DNA from: Verrucomicrobiaceae bacterium
GTDB taxonomy: Bacteria; Pseudomonadota; Gammaproteobacteria; Pseudomonadales; CAMLJR01
Assembly (NCBI GenBank): GCA_028293825.1
Contig: JAQGNY010000017.1
Coordinates: forward strand, 18,505-82,504
DNA length: 64,000 nt
Direction of reading: 5' to 3'
Positions 18,998 to 28,479 of the stretch are shown here, in pieces (positions within the stretch are counted from its first letter, which is position 1; each line of letters opens with the position of its first letter). A model generated the notes under the pieces. It saw only the letters and a program-made list of their open reading frames with translations. It had not been told where the DNA came from and ran no database searches. Made by a program: the position numbers and the translations under genes.

Positions 18998-19469
18998 TGT
19001 TCACCGTACAACCGAAGGGCATCGGTTCCGAGTCTAATTGTTATAGGAGCCAAGACTCTCATGTCTACTCACGGCAATCAAAAGTCACCGCGTTCCGGAC
19101 CGCAAAATAGTTGCGTTATCTAACGGTAACGAATCTGTATATTCGGAGCGCAGCGAGCTGCTACTGGTGCGCTTGTAGTCAGTGCACGTTAAGTTGGGAA
19201 TCCTCAGCTGGGCCTTCCCTTGGAATAGTAGCACCGGATTCGAGGAACGATAGGAAGGCTACGCGTTTAGCTTGTATTTAGACTAGTACGTTTAAAAATT
19301 AGCCGCGAAATGTAAAGGCTCATCCATAACCGGACGGAAATTAAATAACTTTTACGTAAAATTGAGGATTATCTCGCGCTTAAGTTATAAGCCTTTACGC
19401 TCTGTTGCGCGCGCTTCTCAAACATATACGTAGAACCCGCAGCGAGGAAATTTTACTCGCAGGCTGCAA

Positions 19470-19661
19470 TTAGCCCGCGGCAACTTGCGGTGCAGCCATT
19501 TCTTGTTGAATACGTAAATACACTTCTTCGCGGTGCACGCTAACTTCTTTCGGCGCCGCAATACCAATTCGAACTTGATTGCCGCTGATGCTAAGAACGG
19601 TGAGGTGAATGTCATCACCGATTACCAGGGTTTCGCCGAGACGTCTCGATAGTACCAACAT
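19470..19661 (-). CDS. csrA: Carbon storage regulator CsrA/RsmA
   Basis: I trimmed ORF 19470..19688 to the ATG at 19661. The product [48 protein letters not shown] matches the CsrA family almost residue for residue, by recollection. Confidence 0.9.
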   Translation of the reverse strand: MLVLSRRLGETLVIGDDIHLTVLSISGNQVRIGIAAPKEVSVHREEVYLRIQQEMAAPQVAAG

Positions 19662-19870
19662 GCGTTGTATCCTCCGGGATGTATGCATGAACTATTTTAA
19701 TCCGAAGATAGTTTAGATGCCGCTACCGAGTCGCGGTATTCGCAAATTCACTTAGTGGGCTAAGCGCTTTTGCTTATGTCACATTCCTAACGATTAAGTT
19801 TTTTTGGCATAGCACTTGCGAACCCAATGTGCACAACGATTAAGTTCAGTTAATGAGAGGCGACTGCGTA

Positions 19871-20752
19871 ATGAGCGCAATTAAGATCGGCATTTCCGGT
19901 TGGCGCTATCCGCCGTGGCGCGGCGTTTTTTATCCAAAAGGTTTAAAACAAGATCGTGAACTTGAGTTTGCATCGCATGCATTGCCGAGTATCGAAATCA
20001 ACGGCTCTTTTTATAATTTGCAACGACCTGAAAATTATTCCAATTGGTATGCCGCCACGCCAAAGGGCTTTGTCTTCAGTGTAAAAGCGCCGCGCTACAT
20101 CACACATATTTTGCGTTTGCGCGATGTGAAGATTCCTGTCGCAAATTTTTTCGCTTCAGGGCTGTTCAATTTGCAGGAAAAATTGGGGCCGATTTTGTGG
20201 CAATTTCCGCCCAGCTTTAAATTCGATGCCGAATTGTTCGAAGAATTTTTAGCCTTGCTGCCACGCGATACCGAAGCGGCACACGCATTAGCGAGCGCGT
20301 ATCACGAACACGTAAAGGGTCGCGCGCAACTGGATTTCGATAAAAACAGACGTATTCGCCACGCGGTGGAAATTCGCAATGCCAGTTTTATTGATCCGCA
20401 ATTCATCGCGCTATTACGCAAATATAATGTGGCATTGGTGGTGGCGGACACCGCAAAAAAATGGCCCTACTACGAAGACATTACATCGGATTTTATGTAC
20501 CTGCGCTTGCACGGTGAAGCTGAGCTATACGCCAGTGGCTATACCGACGCCGCATTGCAGCGTTGGGCTAACCGTATTCGCGTCTGGCGCGATGGCGGGC
20601 AAGTGGCGGATGCGCATCGAATCGATTCAAAAGTTCATAGCAAAGATAAACGTCGCACTAAACGCCCTATTTTTTGTTATTTCGATAACGACATTAAAGT
20701 CCGCGCGCCGTTCGATGCAGCCGCTTTAATTGAGCTATTGAAAAAAAGTTGA
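19871..20752 (+). CDS. DUF72 (YecE-like) family protein
   Basis: MSAIKIGISGWRYPPWRGVFYPKGLKQDRELEFASHALPSIEINGSFYNLQRPE... is a typical DUF72 N-terminus. I set the start at the second Met of the ORF. Confidence 0.85.
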   Translation: MSAIKIGISGWRYPPWRGVFYPKGLKQDRELEFASHALPSIEINGSFYNLQRPENYSNWYAATPKGFVFSVKAPRYITHILRLRDVKIPVANFFASGLFNLQEKLGPILWQFPPSFKFDAELFEEFLALLPRDTEAAHALASAYHEHVKGRAQLDFDKNRRIRHAVEIRNASFIDPQFIALLRKYNVALVVADTAKKWPYYEDITSDFMYLRLHGEAELYASGYTDAALQRWANRIRVWRDGGQVADAHRIDSKVHSKDKRRTKRPIFCYFDNDIKVRAPFDAAALIELLKKS

Positions 20753-20876
20753 TTAGTTATAGCTTCAAGAATCGGTTTCATACAGCTGTTGTGCGTTATC
20801 CTGCAACGGCCGAGTATTATTTGTCCGCACTGTGCGGCATTTCTTAAATCTAAGATTTTCTAAAAAGGGAAACAAC

Positions 20877-21296
20877 ATGGCAAGTTACATCGAAGGCGCT
20901 CTTATTAACGATGAGAAAATTATTTATACCGCGCATATCAGTTTGTGGTCGCTGGCACATCTAATCATTTTAGGCACGCTGACAATTTGGTTGGTCGTCG
21001 GGCTGGTTTTTTTGATCATGGCGTACATCCGTTATAAGACGACCGAGATTGCAATTACCAATAAACGCGTCATTGCCAAGTTTGGTTTTATTCGCCGCCA
21101 AACTATCGAGATGTATGTGCAGAAGGTTGAAACGATACAGGTCGATCAAACTATTTTTGGCCGAATCTTCAACTTCGGTACGTTGGTTATTTCCGGCGCT
21201 GGCAATCCGCAGGAACCGGTTACCGGCATTTCCAATCCATTGGCTTTTCGGCGCGCGTTTCTGGAAACTCAGGATCGCAACGAAAGTAGCAATTAA
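20877..21296 (+). CDS. Membrane protein with bacterial PH domain (bPH_2/DUF304-like)
   Basis: The ATG at 20877 is preceded by AAAAGGGA. A TM hairpin (LWSLAHLIILGTLTIWLVVGLVFLIMAYI) is followed by ITNKRVIAKFGFIRRQTIEMYVQKVETIQVDQTIFGRIFNFGTLVISGAG. Confidence 0.7.
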   Translation: MASYIEGALINDEKIIYTAHISLWSLAHLIILGTLTIWLVVGLVFLIMAYIRYKTTEIAITNKRVIAKFGFIRRQTIEMYVQKVETIQVDQTIFGRIFNFGTLVISGAGNPQEPVTGISNPLAFRRAFLETQDRNESSN

Positions 21297-21473
21297 TCAA
21301 CTATCATCGCTGGACGAAAAACGCTTGCAGATAACTATGTCGCGCGGCGCGCTGTAACAACTGCAAAGCGCGCTGATAAAATTTAGAATTTGTGCAAGCG
21401 CTGCGTCCAAAATTCGATTTTATTTTCTCTTTCCAGAATAAATTTTCGATAGAAATTAATAACCTATTATTGC

Positions 21474-21489
21474 TGGCACTACGGTTGCT
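21474..21489 (+). promoter_or_regulatory. Candidate sigma-54 (-24/-12) promoter
   Basis: TGGCAC-tacgg-TTGCT matches the TGGCAC-N5-TTGCW consensus exactly. It lies about 95 bp upstream of the ATG at 21585. The region upstream is A/T-rich and carries two GCAA(A)GCGC(G)CTG-like elements at 21362-21375 and 21393-21405. Confidence 0.55.
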
Positions 21490-21584
21490 CTACAGCTTCG
21501 TTGAGAGATAAATGCGCTATTAAATCTGGTTAAAGCGCAACCGATTCAACGAAGCCACTCAGCGTGAGTGAGGAGCATCCGATC

Positions 21585-22628
21585 ATGAATACCGCCGTCA
21601 AGCTGGCAGAAAAAAGCACTAAAAACACAGCCGATTTAACGCAACGTCACATCGGTTTTATGCTGGCGCATGAACAATTCAGCGTGCCGCAATTGGTTGA
21701 ATTCGGAGCCAGCGCTGAACGTGCAGGTTTCGATTTACTGGCGACAAGCGATCATCTACAGCCCTGGCAAGATAATGAGGGCCATTCGGGTTCTGCCACC
21801 GTTACGTTGGCTGCACTGGGCCAACAAACGAATTCTGCGTGGATGGGCACTACCGTGACCTGTCCGATTCTGCGTTATCCACCGGCGGTCGTAGCTGAAA
21901 CTTTTGCTTCGTTGAGCTTGCTTTATCCGGGTCGAATTTTTTTAGGAGTTGGGTCCGGTGAAGCGTTAAACGAACAAGCTGCAACCGGCGATTGGCCAAG
22001 TTGGGATGAACGGTCCGAGCGTTTAATTGAAGCGACTTCGATCATCCGCAAATTATGGACCGGCGAGCATGTCTATCACGAAGGCAAACACTATCAAGTG
22101 CAAGCCAAGCTTTACGATAAACCCGCTAAATCAATTCCTATTTTAATGGCGGCAAACGGCCCAAAGGCAATGCGCAGAGCCGGTCAATATGGTGATGGTC
22201 TCGTTACCGATGCACAGACTTGGAAAGAACATAAATCTGAATTTGTTGCCGGCTTGAAAGCGGCAGGTAAAACGCTGGCGGACGCGCCGGTGTTGATTGA
22301 ACACTACGTGGTGGTCGGCACTAAGAAAGATGCAGAGACAGCAGCCAAATTATGGCGTTTTGGACCGAATGCATTTAAGGGCTACCACAATATTCAAGAC
22401 CCACGTGATATTCAAAAACGTGCCGAAGCGGAAACCCCGTTGGAGGAAGTGTACGGCGATTGGCCTATCGGTACCGATGCCGACATCCACATCAATGCGG
22501 TCGAGGAGTTATTCACAAGCGGGGCGACGATTGTAAATATTCATTCCGGTCAACCCGATCAACAACGCGTTATTGAATTTTATGGAAAAAATGTATTAAC
22601 GCAGGTTCGTAAAAAAATCGGCGCTTAA
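21585..22628 (+). CDS. Luciferase-like monooxygenase (LLM) class flavin/F420-dependent oxidoreductase
   Basis: GAGGAG lies 9 nt upstream of the ATG at 21585. The sequence HIGFMLAHEQFSVPQLVEFGASAERAGFDLLATSDHLQPWQDNEGHS...RIFLGVGSGEALNE resembles the LLM 'G6PDH-family' F420-type oxidoreductases as I recall them. Confidence 0.85.
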   Translation: MNTAVKLAEKSTKNTADLTQRHIGFMLAHEQFSVPQLVEFGASAERAGFDLLATSDHLQPWQDNEGHSGSATVTLAALGQQTNSAWMGTTVTCPILRYPPAVVAETFASLSLLYPGRIFLGVGSGEALNEQAATGDWPSWDERSERLIEATSIIRKLWTGEHVYHEGKHYQVQAKLYDKPAKSIPILMAANGPKAMRRAGQYGDGLVTDAQTWKEHKSEFVAGLKAAGKTLADAPVLIEHYVVVGTKKDAETAAKLWRFGPNAFKGYHNIQDPRDIQKRAEAETPLEEVYGDWPIGTDADIHINAVEELFTSGATIVNIHSGQPDQQRVIEFYGKNVLTQVRKKIGA

Positions 22629-22645
22629 TTGAAAGATTAAAATCA

Positions 22646-22670
22646 GCGCTCTGAAGCGCCGCTTTTTTTT
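22646..22670 (+). terminator. Rho-independent terminator after the LLM gene
   Basis: GCGCT-ctga-AGCGC forms a short 5-bp stem and is followed by CGC and a run of 8 T. Confidence 0.6.
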
Positions 22671-22923
22671 GACTAACAAAAAGTATTTTCTTCTGCACTG
22701 AGAGCGAATATGAGGAAATTTGATAATGGAAATGAGCGCGCAAAAATATAATGACTAGCAGTTGATTATTGGCGAATGGATTGGCTGATTAGAATAATTA
22801 AACGAACAATAAGAGCACGTAGTGTGCAGGGCAGGGCGCAGAGCAGGAAATTGCGCACCTTGGCCGCAAAATTTTAAAAAAAATTGTCTTTAGACCGCAG
22901 TATCGAATGTCAACGCGACAGTG

Positions 22924-23295
22924 CTAGTACTTCAATGTGATTTGATCAATACCTTTTCCTTTCATGATCAGCGCCGCCGGCGAAATATCGCTGTGGTGAT
23001 TGGCGTTGACTGTTGCAGTGAAGCTGTCAATAGATGAACCATTATGAGAATCGCGGTGGATAAACCACTTCGCTGCACCGGCCTGCGCTTTATACGGGCT
23101 AGCACCGCGCGCCGCATTCGCGACAACCTTGGCAACATTCACCGCCGCAATCGTCAAAATAATCGTTATGCAGAGCAGCCCCAGCAAATTTGGCGACGAT
23201 GTCTTATCGGCAGGTGACCGCAACTCAGTAGACGTTAGTGCAATGGCGTTGCGTGAGGAGCGCGCGGGTAAATTTAGTGAAGGCTGCTTTCTCAT
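22924..23295 (-). CDS. Hypothetical membrane-anchored protein
   Basis: I trimmed ORF 22924..23337 to MRKQPSLNLPARSS.... It has one TM helix (LLGLLCITIILTIAAVNVAKVV). I recognise no family and the SD is weak. Confidence 0.35.
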   Translation of the reverse strand: MRKQPSLNLPARSSRNAIALTSTELRSPADKTSSPNLLGLLCITIILTIAAVNVAKVVANAARGASPYKAQAGAAKWFIHRDSHNGSSIDSFTATVNANHHSDISPAALIMKGKGIDQITLKY

Positions 23296-23822
23296 GGCAT
23301 TTTTCTCTCTGGAAAATAAATTGCTCATCGGTAGCAACGATTAGAGCAATGCTTATGCCACGTCGGATTTTTCGAATATGAACCTTTTGAACGAATATAA
23401 GAGGGCTTTTTTAACTCCCGTTTCGGCCAATAAATAGCTGAATAAATGCATTCATAGAATCTTAATGTAACTTTTATTAGGTTTAGTCATAGCAAAATAA
23501 AAGGTACGCAATCAATTACAAAAAATGGTCACCTATAACAATTTTTAGTCATCCACTTTTTTATCTTGGCCCTGAAAAAAATACAATGTACTGTCGAATT
23601 TTCATATTTTCCTCTGAAATAAATTTTGGGTTTCTCCAAATCTTTCGATCGTCATGCGTGTTTATTGACTGTCTCGCCGTTGAATCCTAATGGCATACCA
23701 CTTGCTGTCAGCCGCTACTGGCGCTGCGAATTGCAATGATGGGTGTCGCTGCATTACAGCTGTTCCGTTAAAAATCATTGTTAGAGGCAGGTAGCGTTGA
23801 AAAATGTTGTAAGGGTCAACGC

Positions 23823-25421
23823 ATGAAAGCGCTCGCTCGCTGGGCTAACTCTGGTTGGGTTAAATATAGGCGTCGCGTTGCAGTGATAAGTCATGGTGTA
23901 GCGATATGCCTAACGTTTACCGCTTGCAATATGCCGGCTCGTAAACAGCCGGCGTCGCTGCCGCGTGCTGAATTACCAATTAGCGCGGAATTGAAAATCA
24001 GCGCATCACCACAAACTGCTTCACCCGCAAATACCGCCCAATGGTCCTCGCAAGAATGGCCAGCTGAACAATGGTGGGTGCAGTTGCGTGATGATCAACT
24101 CGACGATTTAATCGAACGCGCTTTGAGAAATGCACCGGATTTGCAGCAGGCTCAGGCGCGCGTTGCGATTGCGGTTAGTGCGATTGAACAAACGCGAGCG
24201 GAGCTCGGCGTAAAGATCGATGCACGCGCGCAAGCAGAGCGTACTCGCCTCAGTAAAAATTTAGGTTTACTCGGTTCATCGGCGCCAGCTGATGCCGCGT
24301 CTTCGCCGAGTATTACTTCGTTGGGCTTAGTCGGCCTGCAATTTCAATACGATTTCGATTGGTGGGGTAAGCGTCGGGCTGCTGTCGATGCGGCAGTTGA
24401 TCGTGCACGCGCAAGCGATGCCGGACGTGCCGCAGCTGCTTTATTGCTACAGAACGGCGTCGCCACCAGTTATTGCGGATGGTTAGCGGATCAACAACGA
24501 TTACAGCTGACGCAGCAAATGATCGCGCTGTATGAAAGTGAATTACATATCGCACAGCGCCGCCGCGATAGCGGCATCGATAGTGCCGATGCGGAACAAA
24601 TGGCGCGCACCGATCTTGCTACCGCGCTGTCGCAACAAGCGATGTTATCGAGTTCGGCTCATTTGCACTTGGTGCAATTAGCCGCGCTGCTGGGCATTGC
24701 GCCGGATCAATTACCGCGTTTGCAGGCACGCCCATTGCCGCAATTTGCAACGCCGCTGCCTGCGGATACGCGCATCGCATTACTCGGGCGGCGTCCCGAT
24801 ATCGTTGCCAATCGTTGGCGCATCGAAGCCGCTTCCGAAGATATCGAGGAAGCGCGCAAAGCGTATTTGCCGGACATCAGTATTTCAGCGCTGGTGTTTT
24901 TCGCCAGCGATGATTTTCATAAATTATTCGATCGCGATAGTTTGTTGTGGAGCGTCGGCCCCGCGATCACATTGCCGATTTTTGAAGGCGGACGTATTCA
25001 CGCGCGTTACGGCGTCAGTCGTGCGCAACTCGAAGCTGCCATCGCCGATTACAACGCCACGGTAATAACGGCAGCACGCGATGTTGCGACACAGGTGCTT
25101 ACGCTCGATCAATTAAATACGCAGCGCACGCAGCAGCAAACGGCAATTGCAGCGTCGACAACGCTGCTCGCCAATGCCAATGCGCGTGCACGACAAGGTT
25201 TGGTCGATCGGCGCACGCAGAATAATGCCGACGTGCAGGCGTTGCGCGCGCGCGACGCGGCGCTGCAAATCGATGCGCAATTTATTACGACGCAGCTTGC
25301 ATTGATCAAGGCGCTCGGTGGCGGCTATGAAATCGATGCGGCAGCATCTGCACAAAAAGATTCTGCAATGATTCATGCGGTGGCGCGTTCTACTGCAAGT
25401 GAGACGAGAGCTGATCGATGA
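23823..25421 (+). CDS. Efflux outer-membrane factor lipoprotein (NodT/OprM family)
   Basis: The ATG at 23823 has AAGGG 7 nt upstream. The lipobox is LTFTAC. It has the two-repeat OMF architecture, and its stop overlaps the next gene's start (ATGA). Confidence 0.9.
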   Translation: MKALARWANSGWVKYRRRVAVISHGVAICLTFTACNMPARKQPASLPRAELPISAELKISASPQTASPANTAQWSSQEWPAEQWWVQLRDDQLDDLIERALRNAPDLQQAQARVAIAVSAIEQTRAELGVKIDARAQAERTRLSKNLGLLGSSAPADAASSPSITSLGLVGLQFQYDFDWWGKRRAAVDAAVDRARASDAGRAAAALLLQNGVATSYCGWLADQQRLQLTQQMIALYESELHIAQRRRDSGIDSADAEQMARTDLATALSQQAMLSSSAHLHLVQLAALLGIAPDQLPRLQARPLPQFATPLPADTRIALLGRRPDIVANRWRIEAASEDIEEARKAYLPDISISALVFFASDDFHKLFDRDSLLWSVGPAITLPIFEGGRIHARYGVSRAQLEAAIADYNATVITAARDVATQVLTLDQLNTQRTQQQTAIAASTTLLANANARARQGLVDRRTQNNADVQALRARDAALQIDAQFITTQLALIKALGGGYEIDAAASAQKDSAMIHAVARSTASETRADR

Positions 25422-26929
25422 TTGACGAAACGATGCAAATGCAGCCGCTGCAGCGACGCTCCAAAAAAGCGAAATACAAATATAAGTATCAATACAAATA
25501 CGGCGAGGAATATGCGCAAGCCGATGTGCAGAAAAAAATTATCGCGCCGGCGACCGATAACCGCTTTGAAGAAGATACGGAAGAATCGGCACAGAAACAA
25601 AAAACGATAGCGCAAGAAAAGCAGTCGACTGAAACACAGCAGCGCGGCGACGTGCAGCATGAAAACAACGAACAGACTCAAGAAAAAAAACAACAAACAA
25701 AAAAAGATGATGCTGAATCGGAGTCGGATGATTCCGATGAGGATGACGAAGAAGGTATGAGTCCGCAGCGCCGCCGCATTATTTTATTTGGCATCGCTGC
25801 AGTTTTTGTTATCGGCGCCATTGTCTGGTTGCTGTTGTGGTTTTTCGTGTTCAGTCAGCGCGTTAAAACCGACGATGCGTACATCGGTGGTAATCAGGTG
25901 ATGGTATCGGCCAAAGTCGCCGGAACAATCATTGAAATCGGCGCCGATGAAACCCAACGCGTTGTCGCCGGACAAGTCGTAGCGCGGCTCGATCCGGTTG
26001 ACGCCACCGCATCGTTCAAACGTGCGCAAGCAAATCTGGCGCAGGCGGTGCGGCAAGTTCGGCAGCAAAATGCAAATGCCGATCAATCCAATGCCTTGGT
26101 GGCGAGTCGACGGGTGGACTTGCAACGCGCTGGCGCCGATTTGCAGCGGCGTGAACCTTTATTGCAGGACCAAGCGATAGCACCCGAGGAGGTTGCGCAC
26201 GCACGCGAGCAATATCAGGCGGCGCAAACGGCGTTGACGCAGGCCGAGCAACAAGCGCTTGCCGCACGCGCGTTGGTCGATGGCACCGACATCGAAAATA
26301 ATCCGACCGTGCAGCAGGCGATGGCGGCGTTTCGCGATGCCTGGGTAAACAATTCGCGCAATGCGATTGTGGCGCCGATCAATGGCTACATCGCGCAACG
26401 CCAGGTGCAATTGGGGCAAACGGTGCAGCCGGGCCAGAATCTTTTTACTATCGTGCCGCTCGATTCGTTATGGGTCGACGCGAATTTTAAAGAGAGCCAG
26501 TTGCAGCATATTCGCATCGGTCAAAGCGCCGAAGTCACACCGGATATTTATCACGGCGATGTGGTTTTTCACGGCCGTGTATTGGGCTTGGCGCCGGGAA
26601 CCGGCGGCGCCTTCGCGTTGCTGCCACCGCAAAATGCCTCGGGCAATTGGATCAAAGTCGTGCAGCGATTGCCGGTGCGTATTGCGCTCGATCCCGCCGA
26701 GTTGCGGCAGCATCCATTGCGCATCGGCCTTTCGACTAAAACGCTAATCGATACGCACGAACGCGATGGCACCGTGCTGCCCGATAAACCCGCGCAAAAA
26801 CCGATGGCACAAACGCGCGTTTATGAGCGCGAATTGCGCGATGCGGACAGCGCCGCGAAATTAATTGTCTTGCGCAATCTGGGACCGGTTGCGCCGGCAG
26901 CAACGCGCGGTAAGAGCACCAATAAATGA
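25418..26929 (+). CDS. EmrA/HlyD-family membrane fusion protein with long charged N-terminal extension
   Basis: The TM helix IILFGIAAVFVIGAIVWLLLWFF is followed by TDDAYIGGNQVMVSAKVAGTIIEIGADETQRV... (EmrA-like). The 113 codons before Met-114 (25757) are K/E/Q/D-rich. The alternative start is at 25757. Confidence 0.85.
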   Translation: MIDETMQMQPLQRRSKKAKYKYKYQYKYGEEYAQADVQKKIIAPATDNRFEEDTEESAQKQKTIAQEKQSTETQQRGDVQHENNEQTQEKKQQTKKDDAESESDDSDEDDEEGMSPQRRRIILFGIAAVFVIGAIVWLLLWFFVFSQRVKTDDAYIGGNQVMVSAKVAGTIIEIGADETQRVVAGQVVARLDPVDATASFKRAQANLAQAVRQVRQQNANADQSNALVASRRVDLQRAGADLQRREPLLQDQAIAPEEVAHAREQYQAAQTALTQAEQQALAARALVDGTDIENNPTVQQAMAAFRDAWVNNSRNAIVAPINGYIAQRQVQLGQTVQPGQNLFTIVPLDSLWVDANFKESQLQHIRIGQSAEVTPDIYHGDVVFHGRVLGLAPGTGGAFALLPPQNASGNWIKVVQRLPVRIALDPAELRQHPLRIGLSTKTLIDTHERDGTVLPDKPAQKPMAQTRVYERELRDADSAAKLIVLRNLGPVAPAATRGKSTNK

Positions 26930-28467
26930 GTGCAGCTCGCGCCAAACCCATGTTGCAAGGTGGCGCGTTGGCGCTGTTGACCTTGACGATCGCGTTGTCC
27001 ACATTCATGGAAGTGTTGGATATCTCGATCGTCAATGTGTCGGTTTACACCATCGCCGGTGATCTCGGTGTCAGCAGCACGGAAGGCACTTGGGCGATCA
27101 GTGCCTATTCGCTGGCGAGCGCGATCATGCAACCGCTGACGGGTTGGATAGCGCGTCGCTTCGGTGAAGTGCGCACGTTTTGCATTTCGGTTTTATTGTT
27201 CGTGGTGTTTTCAACGCTGTGCGGTTTCGCCACTGATATGTCGATGCTGGTGATATTTCGTTTGCTGCAAGGTTTGGTATCGGGACCGATGGTGCCGTTA
27301 TCGCAGACGCTTTTATTGAATAATTATCCGGAAAAAAAACGCGGTCTTGCGCTAGCCTTATGGGCGATGACCGTTGTTGTCGCGCCGATTTTCGGGCCAA
27401 TTTTAGGCGGTTGGATCACTGATAATTATTCGTGGCCGTGGATATTTTTTATCAATGTGCCAATCGGTATTTTTGCGGTGATCACCAGTTATATTTTGCT
27501 GCACGATCGCGAATCGAAGACGGTTAAGCAGCGTATTGATGTGGTGGGTTTAGGGTTGCTGGTGTTCGGCGTTGGCGCGCTGCAATTTATGCTCGATAAC
27601 GGCAACGACCAAGATTGGTTTAGTTCGCCGTTTATTGTGACGTTAGCGATTGTCGCCGTCGTCGGCATCGTATTTTTAATTGCGTGGGAACTGACCGAAA
27701 AAAATCCGATTGTGGATTTGCGCTTATTTCGCAAACGCAATTTCAGTGTCGGTGTAGCGGCGCTGAGCGTTGGCATGGCGGCATTTTTCGGAACTACAGT
27801 GGTGTTGCCGCAGTGGTTGCAGCGCGTGATGGGCTACAACGCGACCTGGGCCGGGGTAGCGGTGACACCGGTAGGAATTCTCGCGTTTTTGCTGTCGCCG
27901 TTGGTGGGGCGCTACATCAAAAAAATAGAATTGCGCATATTGACGAGTTTCGCTTTTTTGATTTTTTCCGCCACGGCATTTTGGTCCGCGCAATTTACTG
28001 ACGATGTGAATTACGGCTATTTGATTTTGCCGCGTATCGTGCAGGGCATTGGTGTCGCCTGTTTTTTTGTGCCGTTGCAGGAAATTATTTTGTCGGAAAT
28101 GAAGCCTGCGCAGATGGCGGCGGCATCGGGGCTGGCGAATTTTTTCCGCACGCTCGCGCAAAGCGTATCGACCGCGCTGACAACGACGCTCTACGATCAT
28201 CGCAGCGATTTTCATCATGCCGTATTAGCCGAGCGCATTGTGCGCGACCGACCGCAGGTCGAACATTTTTTACAGATCATCGGCACGCGTGCGAATCGCG
28301 CGCCGGCTTCGTCGTATCAAGCGCTCGATCAAATCGTCAATGCGCAGGCCCAAACGCTCGCCATTAACGATATCTTTTGGCTGTACGGTTTTATTTTCGT
28401 GGTGATTATCGGCTTGATTTGGCTGGCACGGCCGCCGTTTGAAGGAGTCGGCGCACCAGCTGGGTAG
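26926..28467 (+). CDS. MFS DHA2-family drug efflux transporter (EmrB/QacA-like)
   Basis: The protein is 513 aa with about 14 TM segments. It shows STFMEVLDISIVNVSVYTIAGDLG and WIARRFGEVRTF motifs. Its ATG overlaps the emrA-like stop. Confidence 0.9.
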   Translation: MSAARAKPMLQGGALALLTLTIALSTFMEVLDISIVNVSVYTIAGDLGVSSTEGTWAISAYSLASAIMQPLTGWIARRFGEVRTFCISVLLFVVFSTLCGFATDMSMLVIFRLLQGLVSGPMVPLSQTLLLNNYPEKKRGLALALWAMTVVVAPIFGPILGGWITDNYSWPWIFFINVPIGIFAVITSYILLHDRESKTVKQRIDVVGLGLLVFGVGALQFMLDNGNDQDWFSSPFIVTLAIVAVVGIVFLIAWELTEKNPIVDLRLFRKRNFSVGVAALSVGMAAFFGTTVVLPQWLQRVMGYNATWAGVAVTPVGILAFLLSPLVGRYIKKIELRILTSFAFLIFSATAFWSAQFTDDVNYGYLILPRIVQGIGVACFFVPLQEIILSEMKPAQMAAASGLANFFRTLAQSVSTALTTTLYDHRSDFHHAVLAERIVRDRPQVEHFLQIIGTRANRAPASSYQALDQIVNAQAQTLAINDIFWLYGFIFVVIIGLIWLARPPFEGVGAPAG

Positions 28468-28479
28468 TACTTTTCTTTT

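Noticed and set aside
19000-19470. A search for a tRNA, tmRNA, 6S RNA or RNase P RNA downstream of csrA, where tRNA genes sit in some genomes
   Set aside because: I found no GGTTCGAAT-type T-arm, no acceptor-stem pairing, and no tmRNA 5' end or tag-reading frame. Only the GGA enrichment remains, and that is reported as a low-confidence finding.
25373-25696. A 107-aa Phe/Leu-rich, apparently membrane-like, minus-strand ORF
   Set aside because: It is the complement of the Lys/Glu/Gln-rich extension of the EmrA-like gene. Complements of AAA/GAA-rich codons give TTT/TTC. The apparent hydrophobicity is a compositional artefact.
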